A stretch of 63,479 bases of DNA, the filler included, from Collodictyon triciliatum (taxonomy: Eukaryota): the NCBI GenBank assembly GCA_043381765.1. It is 5 parts of 5 records of this genome, joined end to end, with 100 filler letters (N's around TTAATTAATTAA, not from the genome) between each part and the next. Parts side by side here need not be neighbours in the genome. Positions count along the whole stretch, not along the records: positions 1 to 15,056 come from JBHJMP010001730.1; 4 more parts are not named here. One strand, given 5' to 3'. The translations under genes and the position numbers were made by a program. Below, in pieces: positions 1 to 12,300 of the stretch; within the stretch, counting starts at the first letter, position 1, and each line of letters begins with the position of its first letter. Under the pieces are notes generated by a model. The model searched no databases. It had not been told where the DNA came from and saw nothing but the letters and a program-made list of their open reading frames with translations.

Positions 1-37
<37 letters not shown>

Positions 38-122
38 TAATAATAATGATAATAATAATGATAATAATAATGATAATAATAATGATAATAATAATAATAA
101 CAATAATTATGAAAATAATAAT
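1..122. repeat. (AAT/GAT)n microsatellite at contig start
   Basis: Tandem ataataataa... directly visible. Confidence 0.95.
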
Positions 123-227
123 CACTTCATTGGAATAATATTCCTTTATTTGATTCGTATTAAAACTTTATTCATGTATGTTTACAATTTTAATGATTGT
201 TTTAACGATAAGGTTTTTACATTGAAA

Positions 228-1620
228 ATGACCTCATCAGCCTTGCATGTCGTATCTGGACTTATTGCTATAGCATCCATGAGTAATCAAATAAGTCAGG
301 AAACGGAATCAATAATGTAAGAAAGTATTCAAACAAGAAAGTCTGTACTTTAAATACATCATACTACAAGAAGCATAAAAGCCCATATTTTCATCCAAAA
401 TTACTATATATATGTAACATTATTTTAAATAAAAAAGGGTTGAAATTCAAGGGATACTCTTGATTATATCAATCCCCGATATTATGTTCAAAATGATTAC
501 CAGAAGGGTTGAAAATAAAATAATAGGCTGGTTTTAATCATTTAATTAATCTATTTTATTTTTATACAGATTTTACAGATAAGTTATATGAATATAAAAA
601 CTAAAGCTAATATAATCGAAATAGATCTAGACATAATCTTGGAATTGTTCAGTTTTAGTATTTATCTCTTTAGTCTCTCATATGGCGAGGTTTTTATAAG
701 AAAACATAAATTTTAATCAATTCTCCATTTATTTTGTCAAAATTTAGTTCGCTGTGTCAAATTAAAAGAGAATCAAACTTGACTTTCCCTATTTATTCAG
801 TCTTATTTAGGACTTCTCTCTGTTAGAATAATTTGGTTTTTTTACATATTCATCCTTAATCCACACTGGAGAATCAGCCAAGATTTCTTTGTAATTTAAC
901 CGCTTGGCATATATTTTGAACTTCAAAGCACCATTATTTTTCAGAAATTTAACTATTTTATATCAAAACAAAGGATGTAGTTAAGACTCTCATGTCATCA
1001 GCAGAGGCCCTTGTTCTAGTCGCAATATTAGAACTGTGTCTTGTGATATTTTTCTCTTCATTGATGTGGTATTTTGAGCGAGGTTCTTTGCACAATGGTG
1101 TCTGGATGATAAATGGAGAAAGGAGGTACTGCCTCTTGTTGATATGAAAAGTCATGAATATATTCAATATTTAATATGATTCTTCTGATTAGCAAGTTTC
1201 AGTCCATACCCGATTCCTTTTGGTGGACTATCGTCACTATGTCGACCGTAGGATATGGTAAGAAGCTTTTGAGTTCATATTTATTAATGAAATAATTATC
1301 TCATTATACTTTCTTTACTAGGTGATATTTCTCCAGTAACAATTGGAGGCCGCATTTTTGCAGCGGTAGTGATATGTACTGGGATGTTGGTAAATTTTTC
1401 ATTTTTATTAAGCAAATAATATTGTGGGTGTTAATAAATCAAAGATATTCTTGGCGAAGCTTTTTTCTACAAAGTGTAATTTTGATCATTAATTCTGTTA
1501 AATTAGGTTTTAGCTTTACCAGTGGCTGTCCTCTCATCTAACTTTAATCAAAATCGTATAATTCAGCGAATTGAAAAGCTCGATGGGTATACCACGAATT
1601 CCGATAGCAGTTTATCCTGA
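228..1620 (+). CDS. Kv-like 6TM potassium channel, spliced, probably 5'-partial
   Basis: Spliced exons read ...[30 protein letters not shown]...[63 protein letters not shown] selectivity filter and Shaker-type PVxV in S6; GT-AG introns; 5' exons less certain. Confidence 0.88.
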
Positions 1621-3363
1621 AATATAAATCGTAAACTGCATATTCATCAAATGTCGACTTACCATCAGAATAATGATCATAGTCAACAGAATATATCTGA
1701 TGCACAAAGAACTCATCATTTATCAAGAGAAAAGAAATATTTCAGATTATATTATATTCACCGACCGAAAAAAATCGAGCTATTCTCTAAACTAATTCCG
1801 GTGGTTTGGTCGCATGCACCTTCTGCGAATGTGGGGATGTTTCCATTGAGATTTGTATGGTTTGCATCGGTGTAACCAAATACGACGAGAGATTTGGTGG
1901 TTTTGCTTTATATATAAGATAGGGACAGTATGTTGGTTGCACATGTGAAGAAACCAAATCCCGAGCCGACTTACTGGTTAATGCTTTTTGTATGGTCAAA
2001 TATAATTATTTATTTTTGTATTAAAACGTACGAGCGTTTAAATAAAAAAGAAAAGGTGTCAGGATTTGTACGGTGCATGGAATCAGTCAATTAGCACTAC
2101 AGCCCATCCGCCTATGAAATCCTACATTAATCCGGAAAATCAGAACAAGTGTATCACTTTGTTAGGTAGGTTATGCGCGCTCTTTTGATAATGACAGATT
2201 TTTTATTATTTAATTTTCATAAAAAAAAAAAGAATTTGACAAATATCAAAAAATTGCCTTATGACTTCTATTGATTTTTGAATCGAAAAATAAATTAAAA
2301 CTGTTTTGGTGGTTATAGGCAAGATATGTCGCACTTTCTTTAAAAGGATGATGCAGCAAGAAGAATTGGTTGTATTTACAGCACGATATAATCTACAGAT
2401 TATTGTTTTATTAAATACTCAACGACTCGAAAAAATTGCTCATCGTTATTATGATTCACATGGGTACAAAATATTAAGGTAATTAATCCAAAATTTTAAC
2501 CGTATCAATAAATATCCCAACGTTGCATAATACTTCAACGAATCAATGTTAAGAGAGTCCAAAAATCGCGATTGATAGAAAGAATAATTTTTATTGGACG
2601 AAGTGAAGTAATTATTGAATCGTGTTATACGAATGGCCATAACGACACATTTAAATAATATCTTCTTTTTTTGTAACGAAACCGTTGTTTTTTCCCCACT
2701 GAAGTTCCCCTTCCAAAAATTTTCTATTAGCTAAGAATGGGATTTATTATTATAATTCACCTTGGAATCAACGTGAATATATCTTCTTCAATGGAATAAA
2801 AATACTGCCATAATTCAATATTTCGAATAATCTTTTGTTCTCCTTTTGCTGAATTCTGTTGCGCAGTACATTTCAGTCGATAAGATAAGCCCCCACTATC
2901 GATTTATTCCCTAAAATAAGAAAAAATCGACATATATTCAATTGCACGCTTGGTTAAGCGGTCAATGTTCTGGAATAATTGTCACAAGGTCATGAAGCCG
3001 GTGGAAAACAACCACTGGGCTCAAGCTGCCAGCTCCAAGGACAAAACAGACGCTTTCTGTCTTTGTTCCCTTCCCCACATCTGGAATAACTAAATATGGA
3101 AATAAATCATTCAGTCTTTTTATGGCATGAATAACCAAGAATCAGTCAAAAATATTCGATCATTTGCTGCTCAACCCAGTAACTCCACAAGTCGGCCGAC
3201 ACACCGCCGCATCTTAAAAACTCTGCCAGTGTTCTCTTCAGCCCTCCCTTTTATTTCTCTTTTTCGACTCCTTCCTTCCTTCCTCTTTTTCTTTTTTCCT
3301 GAAAGACTTTGCCTAACAACGACAGAGCCAGTGCCAACAGAAGAAGCACCAGCAGCCCGGAAG

Positions 3364-3746
3364 ATGTCGACCGGTTTGCAAGGTAAGCGACTACTTTCGT
3401 TGTGTGATGTTGGGGCTTGAAGCCTTCCCCAACTCCCTTAAGCAAACTGATTGTCTTTCTGTGTTGCTGAGTTTGTCCACCCTGCATTAGCAGAGGATGC
3501 AGGAAAATATTTCCCCTTAAAAGAAAAAAGAGGCAAAAGAGATAGAACCCATTTATAAAAATATTTGGGGTGTGAAGCGGTTCGCAGGCTCTAGTTAGAT
3601 ATAAATTGTCGTGATATCCATAATACGATGGAGTAATTGTTGTTGCTTGCCGAAATAGATGAAGTTACTGACCTGCAGGCAATATTGACTCAGAAAGAAC
3701 AGGATTTGAGGCTCGCAGCAGGTAAAATTGGAATCGCAAGTCAATA

Positions 3747-3781
<35 letters not shown>

Positions 3782-4086
3782 NNNNNNNNNNNNNNNNNNN
3801 NNNNNNNNNNNNNNNNNNNNNNNNNNNNNNNNNNNNNNNNNNNNNNNNNNNNNNNNNNNNNNATTTCTATCTATCTATCTTTCTATCTTTCTATCTCTCT
3901 CCAAAAAAAAAAGAAGCAGTGGACGAAAAGAAGAAAACGATTGTTCAAATCACAGAACCTTACAGGGTAGAAAATGTACCAGTCATGGTCAAATCCTCGA
4001 AACGACCGGACTTCAAATCCGTACATGACACTGTCTCCTGCTTCGACATCCACGACCCAAACATCGTTTCCAAAGTCAACGAGTGA
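3364..4086 (+). CDS. Coiled-coil protein with HAP1/TRAK/BICDR-like N-terminal motif; interrupted by an N gap
   Basis: Exons MSTGLQ|DEVTDLQAILTQKEQDLRLAA| with GT-AG sites; in-phase exon after the gap ends ...IVSKVNE*; the middle may be hidden in gap 3782-3862. Confidence 0.45.
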
Positions 4087-4129
4087 ATCAAACACGCGGA
4101 GCACTTTTTCCGGCTTTTCGTCGCCGAGA

Positions 4130-5472
4130 ATGGGCGAGAACGCTCCCGAGTTGGCCAAGGATATGCCTTCCACCTTTTGTGGAGCTGCTGGTCCACCGCT
4201 TTTCTTTACTACGGCGCTACTTCTGATGGTTTTCGCCGTTTGCATTGGCAGTTGGACTGAAGTTTGCATTGTTATATAAATATAAATGTGTTAATATATC
4301 TGTTGCAAATATAGATCAGCCGACTTATTTGTAGAGGCCTTTCTCTTTTTCTTTCTTTTTGAGCTATTTCTCTTCTTTTTTTTCTCTTCTACAATTGATT
4401 TTATGAAATAATTTAGGTATGTTTTCCATTGGTTTGCTTATTCTTTTATACACAACTAGTCTCAAGGTACATTCCTTGGCATAGAGGCTGATATACATTT
4501 CGGGCTTGTCTCGGTCATTTTTGATACTGAAAGGGAAATTCGTGAGTATGAGTATGGAGAGTTGTATGATCTATGCGAAGAGTTTAAAATAAGTAAGTAA
4601 TTTCATGTCTAGAAGTAATTTATCAGTTGCATATTTGCATTTTATTCCAAGTTATGGTATAAACAATAACATAAATCAGTAAACTCGTGAAAACAAAAAA
4701 AATTGCCAATCTGTAATGTAACTTCGTATTTTCCCCCTTTTCATTTTGAGTACTTTCTCTAGATTCTTTATTTACTCAAATGGTAGCCGCACATGTATAC
4801 TAATCATCACATTTCGTTGGGAACTTTGCCGTCGTGATTTTAAAGCTCACTCATTTGCTTCTTTATATCCATACCTCAGTAGATTGTGGGGATGTTCTGG
4901 AGTTGATGGAGATATCGTACCTTGTATTGGCATTTGTCTTCACATCGATCGCAGCAAATTTCCTTTCCATCGTATCGCTGTATGCTTCTTACAGAGTCAA
5001 GATTCCGTCTCGTGTTCAAGATATTCTTATAATTCTTGCGATTCTGGGGTCTCTTATCGCTTGGCTACTATGGATTCTCGTGGCCCATCCTATATGTCAG
5101 GTAAACGAAACTGATCATATTAGATTTAGTATACGAGTGATAGAAATGATATGATTGCATAAAAGAAAAGTCTTAATCATTATCATAGGATATAGCTAGC
5201 TCGTTTCTTGCTGATGTCAAGGTATCATATATATTTATATATACAACCTTTTTAATTAATCGAGCACTGGTTCTGCTTTTTCATTTTATTATTCCGGATG
5301 CACTTACCCATTCTCGGCGTATGCAAGCTTCCCTTTTAAAATAACAAAACATCATCAGTCCTACCCAGAAATATTCTCCAGCTTTGGACCTGCTGTTTTG
5401 GCCTCGCTCTTCAATACAATCGGATATGGGATTACATACTTTTACCAAGATGCCACCTATGCATACGTTTAA
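4130..5472 (+). CDS. Claudin/amastin/PMP22-like four-TM membrane protein
   Basis: 5 exons: TM1 (LFFTTALLLMVFAVCIG), W..FGL..C..C extracellular loop, TM2, TM3 (ILIILAILGSLIAWLLWILV), TM4 (FGPAVLASLFNTIGYGI), TAA at 5470-5472. Confidence 0.6.
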
Positions 5473-6050
5473 CTACAAAGAATGACATCAAACAGGGAAC
5501 TTGCGCAACGAAAGTGCCTTAAGATATCAAATTGTGACATTCGTTGTGATATAGAAAATTATTCGTTCTGTCCAGAAAAAAATAATAATCATGCGTCGAA
5601 CTCGTGTCAAAATCGATGGAATTTCTAAAGATATCCACAGTTTTGACGTCCTTTTGGGTCTATCTTTCATTTATACGCATATCTTGTTTGAGTCTGTTAT
5701 GACCCTTTATACATTTAGAAGCAACCATTCTCAATATCTTGAACATCAGTCCTATCAAACAAATCACTGGAATACAAAGAAATAAAGCCAAAATAGATAG
5801 ATTCAGAGCGGGAAAGCCAAAGACATGGCCAATGGATAGTGACGAAAATCACTTCCCTTGAAAAGAAAAAAAATATAACAGTGTATTCAGCCCAATAATA
5901 CTTTCAGAAATTTATCTATCTTACATCTATTATTTATTCAAAGCGTTATAATTAGTTCTTTCTCTTTTTCTTTTTCTTTCTATTTTTCACAGAAAATTCT
6001 TATTTGAAGGTCAGAAAAAAAAAACATTTGCTCATTCGCGCGTGATGTCC

Positions 6051-9000
6051 TCAACTGGATGACTTTCTCATTAACGGACTCTTGTGATACATGCGAATCC
6101 GAGGACTTGCACGAGGCTCGGGAATAGGTGCAAACACTGGGAAACAAATTTGTATGAGTAGTGCACAGCTGTAATCTACAACAGACAGCATAATATACTT
6201 ACATAAAACCCTAAGTGGAAAAAGAAAAAAAAGGAAGCTAAATAGGCTATGATGTCAGAAAAAGAAACCAGGGTTTCTCTCGTGATGGTGTCGAGCAGAG
6301 TCTGGGCCATTCGACATCATCATATGTTCGAAGCCCACAGATTGAATGCGAATCGAGACCCTCCCTGTCGGTGGCTTTGGTGGGGGTTCGGGGTTCAAAG
6401 GTATCACCGGCAGTGTTTCTTGAATCTCACTGAGACTCTGAAAGGGATTGATGAGTTAAAAAAAAAAATTTAAAATTTTTTTTTATTGAAATGAAGGGTG
6501 CACATTACTTTGTATTTGCTGTTTAAGGGGATTTGATTTTAAATAACAATAGCGGTAATGTGGTGGAATAATTCTTTCAGTAAATAACCAATAAAACCTT
6601 TGCTCTTTCTCGCTCCTCCGCAAGGATTTGTTTCCCATCAATGGATGATATTCCTGGGCACCGACTCAACATAAATAGCCGAAACATTGGTCTCCGCGCG
6701 ATAGGATTTTGCGAGATGGTCAAGTCGATGTTGTAAAGATTTTGTAGACCCTTTTGCAGATTATTATCAGCATATCACATTAACGATAGGTATGGAAACA
6801 TATATGGGAAATTAAGGGGACAAAAAAAAAAAACGCAAAAGTTGTAATTGTTGCACATCGATTACGTCAAGTTCACAAAGGTCAGAGATTCTATTGGCAG
6901 CTATCGATAATCGAGAAATTCCCGACATTAAATGTAAATTGATACAAGATTTCATCATATTGTCGCTAAGGGGTAAAAATGAAAGAATTATTACAAAAGT
7001 GTAAGTTCGTAAAAGAATCACTTTGGTGCATAAAATATCTAAATTTTGAGGTTGTGTAAAGACTGATATATTACTCCAAGAATAATATGTGAAGATTGTA
7101 AAGGTTTCTCAAAGAAGCTCCATCGAAGTAACGGATTCGGTTGCGGCGAAGGTCAAGCTCGCGAAGGTTGTCTAACAAATCGAATGAATCAACCTATATT
7201 TTGATGAAATAAGTGAATCGACACAATTATTCTAGTAGCTATGATATATTCAATATTGTATTGAGTAATTAAGTTGTTGAATATATATATGATTTTTTTT
7301 ATTCTTACATACTAACTCCTTTTTGAAAGTGTATACATTTATGTTAAATAGCGGTTATGTAAACCTTAGTTAAATGATTTCCTTCTAAAGAAAGAACGCG
7401 CAAGTTCGACAAATGGAGAAAATGACAGTTGGAGATGGATGTGATATAATTATAGCTCAAGTTCAAATAGGTAAGTTTCGTCATAGAGTAAAGTCCCATT
7501 GACTCGTCATACTTTTCCTATGTGTAAATTAAAAAATGGCTTGCATGAGAAAATAATAATGTTAATATATTAAAATTATGCTACATAATAATTTTATTAA
7601 AATAATAAACTGAATTATGAATTGAAACTACCAACTTCGGTTGTAAAAAAAAAAAGAAACCTTATGAACACACAGGTTTGAACACTCAATTTTATTGTGA
7701 CTGAGCTGAAGTCTCAACAAGCCACCTAATGAGCATAATCCTGAAAGACTATCGAGATTGTTTTTTGATAAGTTCAGCTCCAAAAGACTTTCAAACTCCA
7801 GGCCGCTTAGAAGCTCGATTTCTTTGACATTGCAGTTGCTTACATCAAGAACTTTTATGTCTAATTTGAAATAGATTAAGGCTGTGCTAAATAAAAGTAT
7901 AGTTTGAATGTGCAAGATACTAGAGGGAATGAGAAAACATGAAATATTATTTTACAACGGTAAGAGTTTAAACATGAATATCAAATACTTTGGCATTGCG
8001 TTTGTCCTATTCTCTCTCGTAGAAAATCTACGGTCAGTCGACCACCGTATTTTTCTCTAGATTCCAAAACCTCGACTTGCTCGATCGTAATCCCATCCAG
8101 TATCTTTTATCGATTAAAATAAAAAAATTGCAATACTTAATTATTAATAACGAGTATGAGTATGAGTAATGTGTGAGTATAAAGGTAAAATTTGGTTATA
8201 TGCTTTCGTATATTCATGCATTTCTGATAACAAACGAATCAGTCAAGTAAAATAAAATAGATGAAAATGACCTTGAGCTTTTTTAAGTAAAATATTGAAA
8301 ACTGTCGGTATTCAGGCTCTCTGGTGATATTTCCATTTATTTTTTATTTCAGATAATATATATGATGGAAAGCTATAGCTATAATTTACATGAAAATGAG
8401 GAGAATACAATACTTTGACACAGGATTTCCCATAATATCTAAAATCAATAGATTTGACAAGTGCTTAAGCAAGGAGACGTCTTTAAGGCTAGATATATAG
8501 TTGTTTCCCAAGTCTGAACCGTAGAGAAAGATAGAAAATCATCATTATCATAGACCTTACAATATGGTCGAACAAGATTGAATAAAAATGTCAATATTAT
8601 TATAAATTTAAGGTTTTATTTTAACATCGCTAAAATGTTACATATTTCGATGACGTTCTCCAGAATATCGAGCCCCAGCAATGATGATAGCTTATTACAG
8701 TCAATCGAAAATTGGGTGATTGAGAGCTTTTCCAAGTTGTTTAATGATGCAATATCATTTGACCCTATCGTTGGAGAACACAGTCAGATTATATTATTTT
8801 TTTTTGTTATAATGAAGGGTACATAAGGTGATATACGTAGAGTCGTTGGTTTTGCATTTACCTAAATCAAGTCGTTGGAGATTCACAAGAGTAGATATAT
8901 TTTCAATTTTTGTTATTCGATTTCCAGATAACAATAATTCTTCTAGTTGTTGGCAACTCTCCAGTCCTTCAATTTTCGTTACTTGGTTATCACTTAAATT

Positions 9001-9281
9001 TAACTTTCTCATATTGACCAACCTTAGAATAATTAGAGCTTTTTAAATAATACAGTTTCTAAATTGTATAAGAATTTGATTAGTGTTGATAAATTGCCAT
9101 CAACCGTAGTAAAAATATTTAATTACTTTTCCATGCAAGTTAATTTTCTAATATGACAATGTCTAAGGTCCATTTCCATCACATGATTCCACCATGTCTC
9201 AGATGTCTTCATAGTATATGATGAAGATAGTTTCCAGGACATATTTGAACTATGAAGGAGGACCAGACAAGTAAGCAAGGC

Positions 9282-9378
<97 letters not shown>

Positions 9379-12300
9379 AAAGAAAGAAAAGAAAAGAAAG
9401 AAAAGAAAAGAAAAGAAAGAAAAGAAAAGAAAAGAAAAGAAAAGAAAAGAAAAGAAAAGAAAGAAGGGGATTTACCAGTAAGTGGGTTATTATATGATAG
9501 TATAACAACTAAGTCTGTTGTGAATAAAAAAAATAAAATAATTACGTGATAGTATAGCTCCGCACTTTAATAAAAGAACTTTCTTTTATGATGTTATTGC
9601 TCATCGTGAATGGTATTTGACTTGATGTTGTCTATGAGTTTATTTTAAGGTATCGAATGCATTGATAAATGAGATATTCATGTGAGAAAATTTATTTTTT
9701 GTGGGATATCTATCAACGTGAACTATGTGACACGAATGAAGTACATAATATTGAGAATAATTGTTCAACTTCGCGATATACCATTAGCTGCTCAGAAACC
9801 TTGTAATCATCGAAACACTCCAATGTTCCAATTCTCTTTACAGTATAATGAATGTAATCTCGTAGCCATGATATAGGGTTGCCCCTCAAGGTGATACTTT
9901 TAAGATTCGGGACATTCCTTTGTATATACATAATCAATACAATGACCTAAATGAAAATATTTCAAAAGATCAGCAAACAATTCGTCCACAACTTACTTTT
10001 TTACGTAATTCATTTCTTCCAGCTTTCGTATTGAATTTCCTTCTAGGCACAGCTTAGACAATTGTGGCATACATTTCAACCCTGAGAGTCGAGATATTAG
10101 GTTATATGATAAATCTAATTCTTGGAGTGATGGAAAATCATTCAAATTATCGATTGACTCGATGTTATTCATCGACAATATCAAAATGCGAAGATTGCTG
10201 AGTCCTGAAACACTTTCTATAAGCCTTATGTTTGAATTATTCAGGTTGATTGATTGAATGTGTTGAAGAGAACTTTCATCTACAACTTTCCCCTGAAATG
10301 TGAGAATTTTAGAAATATTCAAATGTCTGCCCATATGAAAAATTGATGTCTCACGTAGTTACACCCAAGACATATACAATTATGATATGGTACTAATGAA
10401 TCTGATTGAATTTGCCCGAAACATACCCTTATCAAACCCTGAGAAAAAGATGGTATAATGGAGAATGATACATTCGAACTTGATATTCTGGATGCTGCTT
10501 TCATTAAAAATTCCGCCGACTCGTATAACTAAACATTTGAAGTTACACTTTTTTAATAGAATATATAAATGAGATCAGTTTTAACAGTATTTACAAGTAT
10601 TTATATATGTTTTACATTTTTTAACTTAAAAATCATACATCTGAAATAAAAAAAATTTATTTAGTTGAATCATTTACTTTATCAGTTTCATCAGTGTATT
10701 TTTTTGTTATAGTCACAACTACATCTGACAAATTTTGTAAAGATACATTATTTGACAATTCATGTGCAACAGCTTCGCTTTGATGAGTAAGTAGCGGTGA
10801 TGAAGGCCCTTTCATAATCTTCGATGATGATTCTGGCCTCTCCATGAATGAAGTTTCTTCATTATGATGTATTTTCTGATGAAAATTTTTAGTTTAATTA
10901 CATAGAATTGAAGTCATAGTGGAGGTGCCTATCCAGATCAAATACCTCGCGAGTGTATTCATATTCGATGTAGTATTCAGGTGAAATATTTTCTTCATCA
11001 AAAATGAACCATTGCTTTTGCCTGTGCGTTCATACATAAAGATGATATAAACAAATAATAGTGTTTTCAAATCAGCGATATTATTTTCGTTTTGTATCTT
11101 TTTGAAATTTTTAATTTTGTAAATCATACCGTGGATTATTGGGAGCAATCCTATATACAGCATCAAAATCTGGGTAATCTATTTTCTTTATGGATCGTTG
11201 CAGCAATGAAAATTGGTTCATAGAATTGCTTATTCCTAAAAAAAATAGAAACGCTTTGTTATATGGAAGCAGTCACATGATCGATTATCATTTGTTGAAA
11301 AATATAGTTCAAAAGAGAATTAGTGAATATGCCTGCTGATAGAGGTATCTGAGTGTGTTCGTCACAGGCTCTATCCAAAGAGGCTTTGGATACAATACAT
11401 TGCTTAACTAGAGATCTACAAGCAGAATGAATTTTAAGCATCATGAGGTATCTAATATTTTCTTCTTTTTTTCCTTTTGATTTTCAGAAAGTAAGCTAAC
11501 CCTATGCGCTTTTCGCGAACTTTACAATGGCCGTATTTTGATGGTGAATTCAAAGTATTTAGTTAAATTATGTTGAATAGCTATTATCATCGTAATAAAA
11601 ACCATGGAAATTACCGAATCGGTAAAATGTATTATAAGGTATTTTTAGGATCATCTTGTTAACGATATCAATAATTGCTACAGTATGCTAGATCAAGGCT
11701 TTGAAGGAGGCTGTAGCATACAATCCCATCATCTTCATTGTCGGTCTAATAAACAAACAAAAGTATATAAAGCATAATCAAACTTGAGGATTAATATTTA
11801 AAAAAAATACAACGGAAGTGAATCAAGATGAAAATAATTGTAAGGAGTCCATATGAATATGATCTCACTGGTTTATTTTGAATGAATCCTTGTTCCAGAA
11901 AGCTTATTATCTTCGCTGTGTTTGACGTCGATAATGAATGAAATAGGAATTCTGTAGTCATTTCCTTTCCAGATTCCAAAGGCTCAAAAAGGACTTCTGT
12001 TGTATTCTGAATAAAAGATAGGGTTAAAAAGGAACATAAATAGTTTGCCATATCAAATAAATTTTATTCTTAGATTTAAGGAATTATTTGATCTAATACA
12101 TCGTATCTTGACTTTTTCAACTTCGAGTGGATTCGGACGACGCGCCGAATTTTGATGCCTTTTATTCCGACTACTGAAAAGGCTATCTCATCAAATCGAG
12201 AATTCATCAATTTCTCACAATAATTATAGGTTGGATCTTGCGAATTTATTTCGTCGAAAATGATTGATCCTCCCGTTTCCAAATCAATTTGCAATTTTCT

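Noticed and set aside
851-866. TCCTTAAT-CCAC as a U12 branch point/acceptor in the K+ channel
   Set aside because: No upstream RTATCCT donor; the segment reads as coding
9209-9508. ORF-track 'proteins' such as KERKKERK/FLSFFLSF, VKVKVK, LLLVLLLV and poly-F
   Set aside because: Translations of intronic or terminal microsatellites
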